Position numbers and translations under genes: made by a program | Assembly: GCF_902713615.1 (NCBI RefSeq) | Contig: NC_052153.1 | Span: 190,254,826 to 190,318,825 of the forward strand | DNA: 64,000 bases | Source of the DNA: Scyliorhinus canicula | Taxonomy: Eukaryota | Direction of reading: 5' to 3' | In this document: positions 25,645-39,022 of the stretch, in pieces | How the letters are laid out: every line of letters begins with the position of its first letter | How positions within the stretch are numbered: the first letter of the stretch is position 1 | The notes under the pieces: generated by a model | The model's input: only the letters and a program-made list of their open reading frames with translations | The model's database searches: none | Told to the model about the DNA's origin: nothing

Positions 25645-26462
25645 TGTTGCTCTGCTTCGGTCCCAAAAGCGTCGCCAATACTATGGGTATTTCTATTTAT
25701 CTTAGTGGACCACAAGCCTTACCTTGTATCGATCAAATGACCACACAACCAGTTAGTTAGTTCAAAGGATGGTTTATCTACATACACAGGAGTTATCTCA
25801 ACATGCAAACACGATATCTACTACGAGTTAAACTGCACCTATCAGCTACAGTCACCAATACTTAACTTCAGGGCGACCGGCACTGTGCAAATGAATAAGG
25901 CCTTTATCTGGAATTCACTTGGCTGGTTCGAAGAAAGTGGCTCCGTCTCTGCTGGGCTCATTCGTCAGGTAGCGATCGTTGGTCTTGAACTTGGCTGGCT
26001 GTTACTGCTACAATTGGATTGGCACAGGCCGGATCCAAAAGAGACAGAACACACGTCTGTGGCCTCTCTATTTTTTTAAATCCCTCTGGGATTTCGCGCT
26101 GTTTGGGGCGGTGCTTAACCTTGCACCCAATGGTTCGACAGGGCTCTGATCACTGTCTTCGATTTTGGCCAATAAAGGGGCGGATGCCTTGGTGGCTGGG
26201 CAGGTCCTTAGCATCCATTTGACCTTGGCAGTTGTGCTTTCGGAGTAAGGGGAGTGGGGCCGATCAGTCTGTGGCTATACCGGTTGCTTGTTTGGAGTTC
26301 TATTGTCCTAGCAAAATAGGCCATTAAAATGCAACCAGGCTGGGGTTTTCGATCAGGTCTGATTGCCTGTGTTTTAGATACACATAGGCTGTATATCTGT
26401 CTGAGTCCTGGGTTGGTCATAATTCCCATGGTCCTTTGCAGGGGCCATCTTAGATGGCTCCA
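25645..26462. mobile_element. Solo LTR (Gypsy-like) interrupting the Penelope ORF
   Basis: TG...CA termini and 4-bp TSD CCAT (25641-25644, 26463-26466). Removing it rejoins the Penelope sequence KEAI/PYGQA. Confidence 0.8.
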
Positions 26463-26746
26463 CCATGCCCTATGGACAAGCCCTCCATATACACCGGATC
26501 TGCTCAGAAGAGGAGGAGCGTAACAGACATCTACAGATGCTGAAGGATGCCCTCGTGCGAATGGGATATGGCGCTTGACTCATCGATCGACAATTCCAAC
26601 GTGCCACAGCAAAAAACAGAACTGACCTACTCGGAAGACAAACACGGGACACAACCGACAGAGAACCCTTCGTCGTCCAGTACTTCCCCGGAGCAGAGAA
26701 ACTACAACATCATCTTCGCAGCCTTCAAAACATCATCGATCAAGAC

Positions 26747-27078
26747 GATAGGGACTTTTTCCCAGGGTGGAGGCGTCGGTTACTAGGGGGGGCATAGGTT
26801 TAAGGTGCGACGGGTAAGGTTTAGAGGAGATGTACGAGGTAAAAGTTTTTTTTACACCGAGGGTAGTGGGTGCCTGGAACTTGCTGCCGGAGGAGGTGGT
26901 GGAAGCAGGGACGATAGTGACATTTAAGGCGCATCTTGACAAATACATGAATAGGATGGGAATAGAGGGATACGGACCCAGTAAGTGTAGAAGATTTTAG
27001 TTTAGACGGGCAGCATGGTCGGTGCAGGCTTGGAGGGACGAAGGGCCTGTTCCTGTGCTGTACTTTTCTTTGTTCTTT
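26747..27078 (+). mobile_element. CR1 3' end inserted in the Penelope ORF
   Basis: CR1 ORF2 terminus, 3'UTR and TTCTTTG-type tail. Confidence 0.7.
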
Positions 27079-27820
27079 GAACATCTTGCCAAGGCCATCC
27101 CCACACCCCCACTACTTACCTTCAAACAACCGCGCAACCTCAAACAAACCATTGTTTGCAGAAAACTACCCAGCCTTCAGAACAGCGATCACGACACCAC
27201 ACAACCCTGCCATGGTAATCTCTGCGAGACATGCCAGGTGATCGACATGGATACCACCATTACACGTGAGAACACCACCCACCAGGTACGCGGTACATAC
27301 TCGTGCTACTCGGCCAACGTTGTTTACCTCATACGCTGCAGGAAAGGATGTCCTGAAGCATGGTACATTGGAGGGACCATGCAGACACCTCGTCAACGGA
27401 TGAACGGACATCGCCCGACAATCGCCAGGCAGGGATGTTCCCTTCTAGTCGGGGAACACCAGCAGTCAAGGGCATTCAGCCTCTGATCTCCAGGTAAGTG
27501 TTCTCCAAGGCGGCCTTTAGGACGCGTGACAACGCAAAATCGCCAAGCAGAAACTTATAGCTAAGTTCCGCACACATGAGTATGGCCTCAACCGGGACCT
27601 TGGATTCATGTCACGTTACATTCATCCCCCACCGTCTGGCCTGGGCTTGCGAAATCCTACCAACCATCCTGGCTTGAGACAATTCACATCTCTTTAACTT
27701 GGGGTTACCCCTGTTTCTGGATCTATAAAGATTTAATTACCTGCAAATACTCGCATTCAAAGCATTGTCTTACATCTTTGACTTTGTCTCTATATATGTT
27801 TCTGGAACATACCTCTTCAT

Positions 27821-27857
27821 TCACCTGAGGAAGGAGCAGTGTTCTGAAAGCTAGTGA
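27821..27857 (+). ncRNA. Minimal type I hammerhead ribozyme (Penelope pLTR)
   Basis: TCAC CTGAGGA A GGAGC AGT GTTCT GAAA GCTA GTGA: stem I TCAC/GTGA, core CUGANGA and GAAA, stem II with G-U wobbles. Confidence 0.65.
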
Positions 27858-30800
27858 TTTGATACAAAACCTGTTGGACTTTAACCTGGTGTTGTAAGAC
27901 TTATTGTGCTCACCCCAGTCCAACGCCGGCATCTCCACTCCATATGACTCTTCAGAGCTAAAGGAGAAATGTGATGGATATATTGTTTTATAATGAGAGG
28001 TGGAGCAAAGTAGGTCAGGGATAGGTGGGAGCAGGAGAGATTGGACAAAGCTCTCTTGCTTTGGGCACAAGACTGAGACCATAGACAGAGGAGCAGAATT
28101 AGTCGATTTGGCCCATCGAGTCTGCTCCGCCATTCAATCATGGCTGATATGTTTCTCATCCCCATTCTCCTGCCTTCTTCCCATAAACCCCTGATTAATC
28201 AAGAATCTTTCTATCTCTATCTTAAAGATATTCTGTGACTTGGCCTCCACACCCTTCTGCGGCAATGAATTCCACAGATTCACTCTGGCTGAATAAATTC
28301 CTCCTCGTCTCTTTTAAAGAATCGTTCATTTCGTCTGGGGCTGTGCCCTTGGGTTCTAAAGATGCTACTACTTTGGTGGGGGAATGTTGGGACAAGGAAA
28401 TTAGATTAAAAGGGGTGCGGAGGTGATCAACATAGAGGAAAGAGTTCAGGTCTGAAGTTGTTAAACTCCATGTTAAGTCCAAAGACTGAAAGATGATTGT
28501 TGGGCTGGCTTTCTTTCCTCCCCAGTCAAAACTTGCTAAACGTATGTTGTTTGAAGGAACAGGGCTTACTAGGTTGTGCAGTTGTGTGTATATGGACTTT
28601 TGAAAGGTTTAAGTACTTTTTAATGAAGTTAAAGCCCATGGAATTAAGAGGACTATGGATGTGTGAGTACGAATTTGTTAAGAATAGGAAGCAGGACAAT
28701 ATTGAATGTTTCTTTCATCAGACTGAAAGATGTGAGCAATAGTGTGCTACAGAGGCCTGCATTGCAGGTAAAATGTAGCAAATAACACAAAAGAATAATA
28801 ACAAACTTCAGAATACAGATTTGCAAAATGGGTAGGTGAAATTAAGTTTGAACTGATGTATTTTGATGTAGAAAGAACAAGGCAAGACAATTCCAAATGG
28901 AACAATTTTTAAAGGGGATTCAGGATCAGAGAGACCAAGGGATGTATGTACACAAGCTTTTTGAAGGCGGTATGACCTGACTGGAAGCCTGTGTCTGTTG
29001 GGCCCCTTGGGATCAATGTTGCGGCCCTTGCTGTTTGTGGTTTATATAAATGATTTAGAAACAATAGGAGGGTTGATCAGTAAATTTGTGGATGATAGGA
29101 AAATTGGTGGGGTGGTAAATAGTGAGGAGGATAGCCTTCAATTACAGGAGGAGGATATTGACTGGCTGGTCAGATGGGCTGAAAAATGCAATTTAATCTG
29201 GATAAGCGTGAGGTGATGCACTTAAGCAGGACAAACAAGGCAAGGGAATCCATGATGAATGGCAGGACTCTGGGAAGCACTGAGAATCAGAGGGACCTTG
29301 GTGGAGATGTATACCGGTCCCTTAAGGTAGTAAAGTAGGTGGATACAGTGGTTAAGAAGCCATGAGGTATACTTAACCTTTATTATCCGAGACATAGAGT
29401 TTAAGAGCTGGAAATCTTAAATGCTGAATGTTGGTTAAGCCACAGTTAGAGTATTGTATGCAGTTCTGGAATCCACATTAACGAACAAAGAAAAGTACAG
29501 TACAGGAACAAGCCCTTCACCCCTCCAAGCTTGCGCAGACCATGCTGCCCGTCTGAACTAAAAAAAACCTACCCTTCCGGGGACCATATCCCTCTATTAC
29601 CATCCTAGCCGCCCCATAAAAGTCACTATCGTATCTGCTTCCACCACTTCCCCTGGCAGCAAGTTCCAGGCTCCCACCACCCTCTGTAAAGCAACTTGGC
29701 TTACTACATCTCCTTTAGACCTTGCCCCTCGCACCTTAAACTAATGTCCCCCAATAATCGACTCTTCCACCCTGGGGAAGAAGCTTCTGTCTATCTACTC
29801 TCTGTCCATGTCCCTCATAATTTTGTAAACCTCTTATCAGGTTGCCCCTCAACCTCTGTTGTTCCTGTGAAAACAAACTGAGTTTATCGAACCTCCTTCA
29901 TAAGAATTAGTGTCACAAGTAGGCTTACATCAACACTGCAATGAAGTTACTGTGAAAATCCCCTAGTCGCCACACTCCAGCGTCTGTTCGGGTACGCTGA
30001 GGGAGAATTCAGAATGTCCAATTCCCCTAGCAAGCATGTCTTTGGGGACATGTGGGAGGAAAGAGCACCTGGAGGAAACCCTCGCAGACGCGGGGAGAAC
30101 GTGCAGACTCCGCACAGACAGTGACCCAAGCCAGGAATCGATCCTTTGCGCTGTGAAGCCACAGTGCTATCCACTGTGCTACCCTGCAGAGGGGATATAA
30201 TATCACTGGAAAGTGCAGAGGGGATTTAACAGAATGTTGCCTAGTCTAGGGAGTTTTTGTTAAGAAGAGAGATTGAATCGACTTGGACTGTTTTCCTTGG
30301 AGCAGAGGAGACTGAGGGGGGACATGATAGGGATGTATAACATTGAGGGGCATAGAGAGAGTAGACTGGAAGAATCTTTTCTCCTTGGTCGAGTGATCGA
30401 TGTCCAGGGGACATAGATAAGGGGCAGGAGGTTTCGAGGGATGTGAGGAAAAACCTTTTTACCAAGAGCATGGCGGGAGTGTGGAACTTGCCTGCATTTA
30501 AGTAGTATTTTGATGTGCACTTGTGATCCCTAAACTATGGGAAATGGGATTAGAATAGTTGGGTGGTTGTTTTTGACAGCAACAGAGTCGATGGGCTGTG
30601 GCCAATTGAGAAGGCCAAGGATACCATATGCTTTTTAATAAGAGACATAGAATGCAAAAGGAAGGAAATTGTGTTAAACTTCATAAAAACACTGGTCATG
30701 TCTCTACAGGAGTGTTGGGTGGTTGCCAGAATTGAATACTTTGGGAAGAATGTCAAGTTCTTAGTGCAGCAGACATTTACTAGAATGATACCAACGTATC

Positions 30801-31693
30801 ATGTAATAGATGGAATAGCTTTTCAAGATAGTGATTTTGAGAGAACAAATAAGGAGAACTATATGCAGTGGCGGATGAAAGGATCCATTGAGCAGGGGAG
30901 GACTCCTGCCCAAACAAGTGAGTATGGAGATGAAGGGGATGGAAGAATTCAGTATTGTGTTGAGCTCAAAATTAATTGAAGTAGGGGGGATGAAACAGTC
31001 CTTTGTTGAGTACAGAATGGTCAACATCAGAGAGGGGAAGTTCAGAGAGTATAGTGAATACATGGCAAGGGATGGGGGTCAGAGGGACAGGAAGCTGTCG
31101 AGGGTTCTGGATGGGTGTACGTTGTTGGGAGCTTGCATTCTTTCACACCTGGAAGGGATCGGAAAAAGTTTATTGTTAAGGTGTCGGGTGAGATGAAGAA
31201 TTAAATTCAAGATATTAATAGGGAAAGACAGGATCGATAAGGATGAGCAATATCCACTGGTTTGAGATTCTAAAACTAGGGGGGGGGCATAGTATAGAAA
31301 TCAGAGTTAAACGGTTGAGGAGAGATGTTAGGAAGAACCTCTTCACTCAAAAGGATGATAAAGGGTTGGAACTCTCCCACAAACAGCAGTTGAAGTTTGC
31401 TGAGCTGTTTTTTAAAATAAATTTAGTGTACCCAATTAATTATTTTTTTGAATAAATAGTGTGCTCAATCCACCTATCTTGCACATCTTTGGGTTGTGGG
31501 GGCGAAACCCACGCAAACACGTGGAGAATGTGCAAACTCCACACAGACAGTGACCCAGAGCCGGGATCGAACCTGGGACCTCGGTGTCGTGAGGCAGCAG
31601 GGCTAACACACTGTGCCACCATGCCGCCCTAGCTAGCTGAGCTGTTGATTTTAAATCTGAGATGAATAGATTTTTGTTAAGCAAAGATACCGT

Positions 31694-32040
31694 GGGCAGC
31701 ACAGTAGCATGGTGGTTAGCATAAATGCTTCACAGCTCCAGGGTCCCAGGTTCGATTCCCGGCTGGGTCACTGTCTGTGCGGAGTCTGCACGTCCTCCCC
31801 GTGTGTGCGTGGGTTTCCTCCGGGTGCTCCGGTTTCCTCCCACAGTCCAAAGATGTGCGGGTTAGGTGGATTGGCCATGCTAAATTGCCCGTAGTGTCCT
31901 AAAAAGTAAGGTTAAGGGGGGGGGGGGTTTGTTGGGTTACGGGTATAGGGTGGATACGTGGGTTTGAGTGGGGTGATCATGGCTCGGCACAACATCGAGG
32001 GCCGAAGGGCCTGTTCTGTGCTGTACTGTTCTATGTTCTA
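31694..32040 (+). repeat. Full-length young V-SINE (HE1-like) with CR1-type tail
   Basis: tRNA A/B boxes (TGGTGGTTAGC, GGTTCGATTCCC), V-domain, and 3' GGGCCGAAGGGCCTGTTCTGTGCTGTACTGTTCTATGTTCTA like CR1 ends. Similar copies at 14030-14345 (-), 41985-42337 (-), 49330-49640 (+) and 57397-57720 (+). Confidence 0.85.
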
Positions 32041-35000
32041 TAGTAAGGGATAGTGGGCCAAAGGGCGGTATATGGAATTAGGTCACAGATCTTCCATGAT
32101 CTCATGAAATAGTCAGAAGGGCTTGAGGGGCTGAATGGCCTACTTCTGTTACTATGAAATGGAACTTGGGACAAGGACAGCTTTGATATTGGGTGAGACA
32201 GTACTGCTGGAGAGGTTGCGTGTGTACCTATGGCGGCATGTGACACTGCGTATGGATCTCTGGATATGACTAGAATAGCAGTTCAAGAAACATTTTATGC
32301 CCCCGGACTATTGAGTGTTAGAACTGAACTCATTCAAGAAAGAATTCAGTGAACCACTTGGATTTTTACTTCAATCAGAGAACTCACCGTCATCATAACT
32401 TAAACGAGCATTTATTTTCTTGAATTTCACATGGTTGGATCTGAGCTCTCTGCTTCACATCAAACTTAACTTTGTAAAATACAGACCCATAGTCATTTCC
32501 TAGGGGAAATGGGAAAATAGTTTTTCTTCTGATTCCAATATTTGTGGACAAATGAAGAGGCAAGGTAGCACAGTGGTTAGCACTGCTGCTTCACAGTTCC
32601 AGGATCCCAGATTCGATTCCCAGCTGGGTCACTGTCTGTGTGGAGTCTGCACGTTCTCCCCATGACTGCGTGGGTTTCCTCCAGGTGCTCCGGTTTCCTG
32701 CAAGTCCCGAAAGATGTGCTGTTAGGTGAATTGGACATTCTGAATTCTCCCTCTGTGTACCCGAACAGGCGCCGTAGTGTGGTGACTAGGGGATTTTCAC
32801 AGTAACTTCATTGGATTGGATTGGTTTATTGTTACATGCACCGAGTGAAAAGTATTTTTCCGTGAGCAGCTCAACAATCATTAAGTACATGAAAATAAAA
32901 ACAAATTACATAAAAAGGCAACATAAGGTACACAATGTAACTACATAAACACCGGCATTGGGTGAAGCATACAGCAGTGTAGTGTTAATCAGGTCAGTCC
33001 ACAAGAGGATCATTTAGGAGTCTGGTAACAGCGAGGAAGAAGCTGTTTTTGAGTCTGTTTGTGCGTGTTCTCAGACTTTTGTATCTCCTGCCCAATTGGA
33101 AGAGTGTGTAAGCCGGGTGGGAGGGGCCTTTGATTATGCTGCCCGCTTTCCCCAGGCAGCGGGAGGAGTAGATGGAGTCAATGGATGGGAGGCAGGTTCG
33201 TGTGATAGACTGGGCTGTGTTCACGACTCTGAAGTTTCATGCGGTCTTGGACCGAACATTTGCCATACCAGGCTGTGATGCAGCCAGGTTGGATGCTTGC
33301 TGTGGTGCATCTGTAAAAGTTGGCAAGAATTTCTTTAGTTTCCTGAGGAAGTAAGAGCACTGTTGTGATTTCTTGATGGTAGCACAACGTGGTGCCTAAT
33401 GCAAGCCTACTTGTGACAATAAAGATTATCATTAGCTATCTAACTTTAATTTTCTGTTATGACGTGCACAGATGTGATGTTGATTTATTTTTCTTTTTTG
33501 TTTAACTTGGTTAAAAATTCATCTCGTTCCTTAGATTGTTTAAGATTTTGTCTGTTATGGGCTTTGATGTGTGTCATTGCAGCCATTGGTGTTTTGAGCA
33601 CAGGCAGGAATTTGTTTAGTCAGTAACTTCCCCAGGCTCTTGTAAAATGAATATAATGTTAACAACTGACAATAGAATTCAGCCATTGTCTGTTCTCTTT
33701 TCCTTTTACTGATTAACTTTTTAGTTTTAACTTCTGAGTTTGTATTTGTGGCATATGCTTGGTTTGTCCCCATGTCTGCATTTCAGCCTTTGTGACGTGG
33801 AGTGAACCATTGAGACAACAGACACGATGTATTTTTGCTCTGAGCTTAGACATTGGAATATTTGTAACCGGATGATAAAATTAAAACTTTCTAAATTTTG
33901 CTCACCCGGCAGTTAGTGGTTCGAGGAGGCACATTGCCATGGCATGTTTTGGATTGGATTGGATTTGTTTATTGTCACGTGTACCGAGGTACAGTGAAAA
34001 GCATTTCACACAATAATTTTAATGTTTGTGTTCCAAGAGGCGATTCCCCAGCACTGGTAGGCCTTATTTATTCCAATATCAGCAGTGTGCCAAGTACTAA
34101 CTTTAATTGCCTTACTTGGGAAGGCAACGTTTTTAATGTTATTTTCTTGTTGGGAAGAAGGTTTCGTAACATTTTACTGTGACATTGTTGAAGTTACTAG
34201 GCTAACTTTAGTCGTCTTGATCACTCTGCATTGAACTAAGCATCAAAATAGAGCAAGAGAAGCAGTCATCCAAAAATCGACTGCTACTGATTTTATTTTC
34301 CATCTTGACATTTTTGTTTTTTCCCATCATCCAGGAAATGGCATTTCATGTTCCAGGCTAGATGGTAACCTTCAGTGAATCAGTTGACAGTGAAGGCAGT
34401 TTTGGGCCTGACTGTCTCTTGATTGACATCCACACAGGCACTTTGCGTAACAGTAGAAAACAGAATATGCATAAGTATGACTTCTGATTAGCAATAGGCA
34501 AAAAATGGAGTCCCGCAGGGGTCTGTGCCAGGTCCTTAATCTTTTTACAATTTTATATCTATGATTTAGATGAGGAGAGGCATGGCAGCCAAATTTGTAG
34601 ATTATACAAAAATAGGAAAGTATGTTGTGAAGAGGACATGAGGTTACAGATAGATATTGATAAGTTGAGTGAGTGGGCGGAGATTTACCAGGTGGTGTTA
34701 TTTTTCTTTCTTCTTTCATGGGATTAGGCTGTCGCTGGCAAGGCCAGCATTTTGCTGTCCAACCCAAATTGCCTGTGAACTGGGTAGTTTGTGAGATAAT
34801 TTCAGAGGGTGGCTGAGAGTTAATCATGTTGTTATAATGTGTCTGATGTGAGAAATGTGAAGGTGCTCGCTTTTTGGCGGGAAGACTAGAAATGCAGATT
34901 CTTACTTCAGTGGAGGACGACTGCAGAATTCTGGGGTGCAAAGGTATCTAGATGTTGTAGTGCATGAGTCACAAAAAAATAGTATCTGGTATAACAAGTA

Positions 35001-37552
35001 ATTAAGAAGCATAATTAGAATGTTGTCCTCTATTATGAGAGGATTTGAACCAAAAAGTAAGAATCTAATGCTTCAGTTATACAGGGCATTGGTGAGACCA
35101 CATCTTGAATTGTGTGCAGCTTGATGTTCTGATTTAAGGAAGGGTATAGATGAATTGCAGGCAGTTCAGACGAGGTTTACTAGATTGATACCTGGACTGA
35201 GAAGGTTGTCTTGTGAGGATAGGTTAGACAGGCTGGGCTTGTTGCCTCTGGAGTTTAGAAGAGTGAGGAGTGACTTGAAGTATATCAAATCCTGATATGG
35301 ATGTGGAAAGGATGTTTCCTCTTGTGGGTGAGTCCAGAACTAGGAGGCACTGTTTTAAAATTAGGGAGCCTCATTTTAGGGTAGCGATGAGAGATTTGTG
35401 ATTTTGGGAATCTTGTGGTCATTTAATATTTTAAGGTAGAGGTAGATAGACTCTTGTTAGGCAAAGGAATCAAAATGTATTGGGATTAGATGGGAATCTA
35501 GAATTCTAAACACAAAACAGATCGGCCATGATCTTATTGAATGGCAGCCAAGCAGGTTCAAGGGATTGAATGGTCTACTTCTGCTAATTTGTTGTTTGTA
35601 TATGTTTTTGTAACTTGTAGGAATACCAGCCAGGGAAATGTCTTTCTTTGCTATTTTTTTCTCCCCTTCTCCTTTTCCTACTCAAAATGTTGAGATTTTA
35701 ATATCATACCGAAACGCTATTGGTCAAGGATCAACACGTGAGGTCTCTTCTCTTAAATAGAGAAGGCTGAGTGGTGACTTAGTAGAGGTCTTTTAAAATT
35801 GTATGGGGGGAGGGGGGGTCATGGTGGCGCAGTGGTTAGCAGTGCTGCCTCACGGCGCCGAGAACCCGGGTTCAATCCTGGCCCTGGGTCACTGTCCGTG
35901 TGGAATTTGCACATTGTCCCTGTGTCTACGTGTGTCTTATCCCACAACCCAAAAATGTACAGGGTAGGTGGATTGGCCATGCTAAATTGCCCCTTAATTG
36001 GGAAAAAAGACAAATTCTGCAGTTTAAATTTAAAAATAAGAATTTGGATGAAATGCAACCAGGAAGTGGTAAGATTATGGAGCTCGCTACCACATAGTGG
36101 ACTTAAAAGAAAAGCTCCAAAGAAGCATAACAGAGAAAGGAATGGAGTGTTAAGATGGTTAGCTGAGGAAGGATGGGAGAAGGCTTTGGCAAAGTGTTAT
36201 CTGGACTTGAAACGTTGGCTCTTTTCCCTCCCTGCAGATGCTGCCAGACCTGCTGAGATTTTCCAGCATTTTCTCATAGGTGGGAGAAGAGTTGTGTGGG
36301 GTATACATGCTGGCATGGACTGATTAGATCGAATGGCCTGTTTCCGGGCTATATATAATCCACATAATTCAGAAAGTGCACAAGCTGAATGGTCACCAAT
36401 TTGAGATCTACCAGGACTACACCAATAGAATCACTGTTTTAAGGGGAAGAACATTACTTTTTAAAATATTCTGAATGTTTATGGCTGAAAGGTAAACCAA
36501 TAATATGTTGCGAGGTAATACTGTTTGATGGAAAAAAGAGAATGAGGAATTAAGTGCAAAATTTCACAGATGTGAAATCATGGATACTGATTGGTTGGCA
36601 AGTTGACTCTGACCAAGGTGTTGCCATGGAGAAAGTAACGGAGAATTAGAGGCTCCTGAAGCACCTGAGTAATTCAGAAAATGGGCAATGCTTGAACATA
36701 TTCCCTTTGTTTGCAGAGAAAGGTCCCTTGTTTGTTTTGTATGTTGTTTTCGGCAAGCATAAATGAGCCACGTTACAAGCTTGACTGATCATCTTAAATT
36801 GGATGTTAGTGTAGCTATTGGTGTACCCAGGATTGTTCAGAAATTGTTGCCCAATTGCAAAATCATCTAACAGGTACTTTGGTTTGAGTTGCAAGCTCTG
36901 GTATTAACAGTTGAAGGTGTCTGCTGTTTGATTCATCAGCCAATCGCTGGGATGTATGGCATAAATACCTGGTATTGCACTGCCAGTGACATTAATACAC
37001 TGTTGCACAGTTGTGTAGACAAAATGACTGAGAGCTGGTGGCATCAACCTGTTTGTGGAAAATACTAGTCGCATAGTCCAAGGCTTTCTTCACCTATTCA
37101 AACTTTGAGATTCTTCTCCTTTCCAGGCTAATTTGGTGCAGCAAATTCCAGGCTAATATGCAGCAAATGGTGATCTGATTAGGATAGCCTCTGTCCCTGA
37201 GGGTAGCTTCAACTAATTATAATCTCAACTGCTGTCTACCGTAAGACCCAATCGGGATTCAGAGAACTCAAGATTGCCCTCAGCAGTAATCTTGTAAGTA
37301 GAGCACTAGCCATTATTTCACCTTGCAAGCTTGATGAAGAAATGGCACCTCAGCCAATCAGAGTCAACTTACCAACCAACCAGCATCCTTTTTTCCTGTC
37401 GTATAAATTGCTGCGATTGTTTGAAATGTGCCATTCTTGCATTTGTTTTATGTGCAAGGCACAAATCTTCAGCAAAATGTTTCTTTTCAACTCTATTCAA
37501 ATTCTGTACTACCAAAACACTGTTGACTTAAACCCCTTTTTCTTTTGCATAG

Positions 37553-37992
37553 TTGATTGACTTAAATGGTGCAAAAGCCAAGAAGAACAGGTTATCTAAA
37601 GAACTGATTCCGATAAATGCCCAAGTGGAACGTTTAATTAACAAGGAGATTCCTGACTTGATTGTGGAGAATGCACAACTCTTGAATATGCCTGTAGTGA
37701 AGGGAAATTTTGATCTGCAGATGGCTCGTCAAGACTACTACACCTCCAAGCAGGACCAAGTTGCAAGCCAGCTGCTCAAACAGAAAAGTCGATTTGAACT
37801 ACTTCACCTTGCATATGAAATGGAATTATGTAAGCACAGAGATGTCCATCAACAACTTGAGAACCTGACTGCAGAACTTGAACAAAGCAGAGGAGAGTTC
37901 TTGCAACGTTTAGAAATGCTGTCTGATAAATCTCTCCAAACAAGCTGTAAACAACGAAACATAATTGATTCAAACAATACCTCTAATATCAG
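37553..37992 (+). CDS. HAUS3: HAUS3 coding exon 2 (440 nt)
   Basis: Acceptor TTTTTCTTTTGCATAG. ENAQLLNMPVVKGNFDLQMARQDYYTSKQDQVASQLLKQKSRFELLHLAYEMEL is a HAUS3 hallmark. Donor CAG|GTAAAA, phase 2. Confidence 0.96.
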
Positions 37993-39022
37993 GTAAAATA
38001 AGATTGATATACAATTGAAAGATTATTTATGTATTCGGTTTCTTACCCATGTCTAAGCTGGTTCTCGTGCTATGTTTCTGGTGCAGCAACCCAGAGTTGA
38101 GGGTTCAAATCCTACCATCGCAGATTGTGGAATTTAAATCAGCAAATTTAATATGTGGGTTAGCAAGCTTGAAACATCCTCTACGCTCATTGATTCCCTC
38201 GGCCGCAGAAAAGTACTTTTCACTGTACTTCGGTACATGTGACAATAAATCAAATCAAAACCTCATCAAATGTTTCCTGATTTTTACTGTAAGACCTAAC
38301 TGGGTCACCATTGCATTTTTGACGGGGACGTGCTACCCCTACCCTTTGACCCGCGTAAAATTACAATTCCTCTCCCACCAAGGCCTGGCAATCTCACGGT
38401 AGTACTGACAGTCTGGAGACTTGTTGCAGTGTGCCAAAGACCAGGATCCCACCCTGGGCTGCTGTGAATTTGTGTTCTGCTAATGTTACACCACAAATGC
38501 AAGCAGGAGACAGCCAGACTAACATTGGTGAAGGGGCGGTTATTAGGAACTATTATCAAGGAAAAAAATAAGCCTTCATTTTGATTTGGAAAATATGGGT
38601 TAATCAAGATTTGTGAGAAGAAAATGATGTCCACTAACTTGATAGACTTATTTGAAGTTTGTGCAGTACATGAGCATTGGGAAAATGTTGAATGAACTGT
38701 TGTATAGGGGGTTTATTAAGAGGGAAGTCCATGGGCATTAGTGACAAGTGGTGGGTCAGTGACAGGAAACCTTTTCACACTGGGCTTTTCTCCCAAGAAC
38801 AAATCTTGGGTCCATTACACTTCAATTTTTATAAATGATCTGGGCATGAGTGTAGGAAGCAGCATTTTAAAACTTGCAGATGGATGCGGATAACTCTAGG
38901 CTTCAGAATGACATTGATAAGAGAGTGAAATGGGCAGAAGCAGATCAGATGCAGTGCAATGTGGAGAAGCGTGAAGTGATGCAACTCAGCAGGGAAATCT
39001 TGGGAGTCTGTTTAAGGATATT

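Larger units (their letters stand above)
24829..27938 (+). mobile_element. Penelope-like element with inverted 5' pseudo-LTR, several hammerheads and two nested insertions
   Basis: RT thumb (YRKPTDNLTMLHFSSFHPKHIKEAI..YGQAL) and GIY-YIG (NVVYLIRCRKGCPEAWYIG). 25085-25390 is the reverse complement of about 27517-27830. 12-bp TSD TCCATATGACTC at 24817-24828 and 27939-27950. Confidence 0.88.

Noticed and set aside
31694-31770. tRNA genes
   Set aside because: A/B-box sequences continue directly into SINE bodies. They are SINE heads, not standalone cloverleafs.
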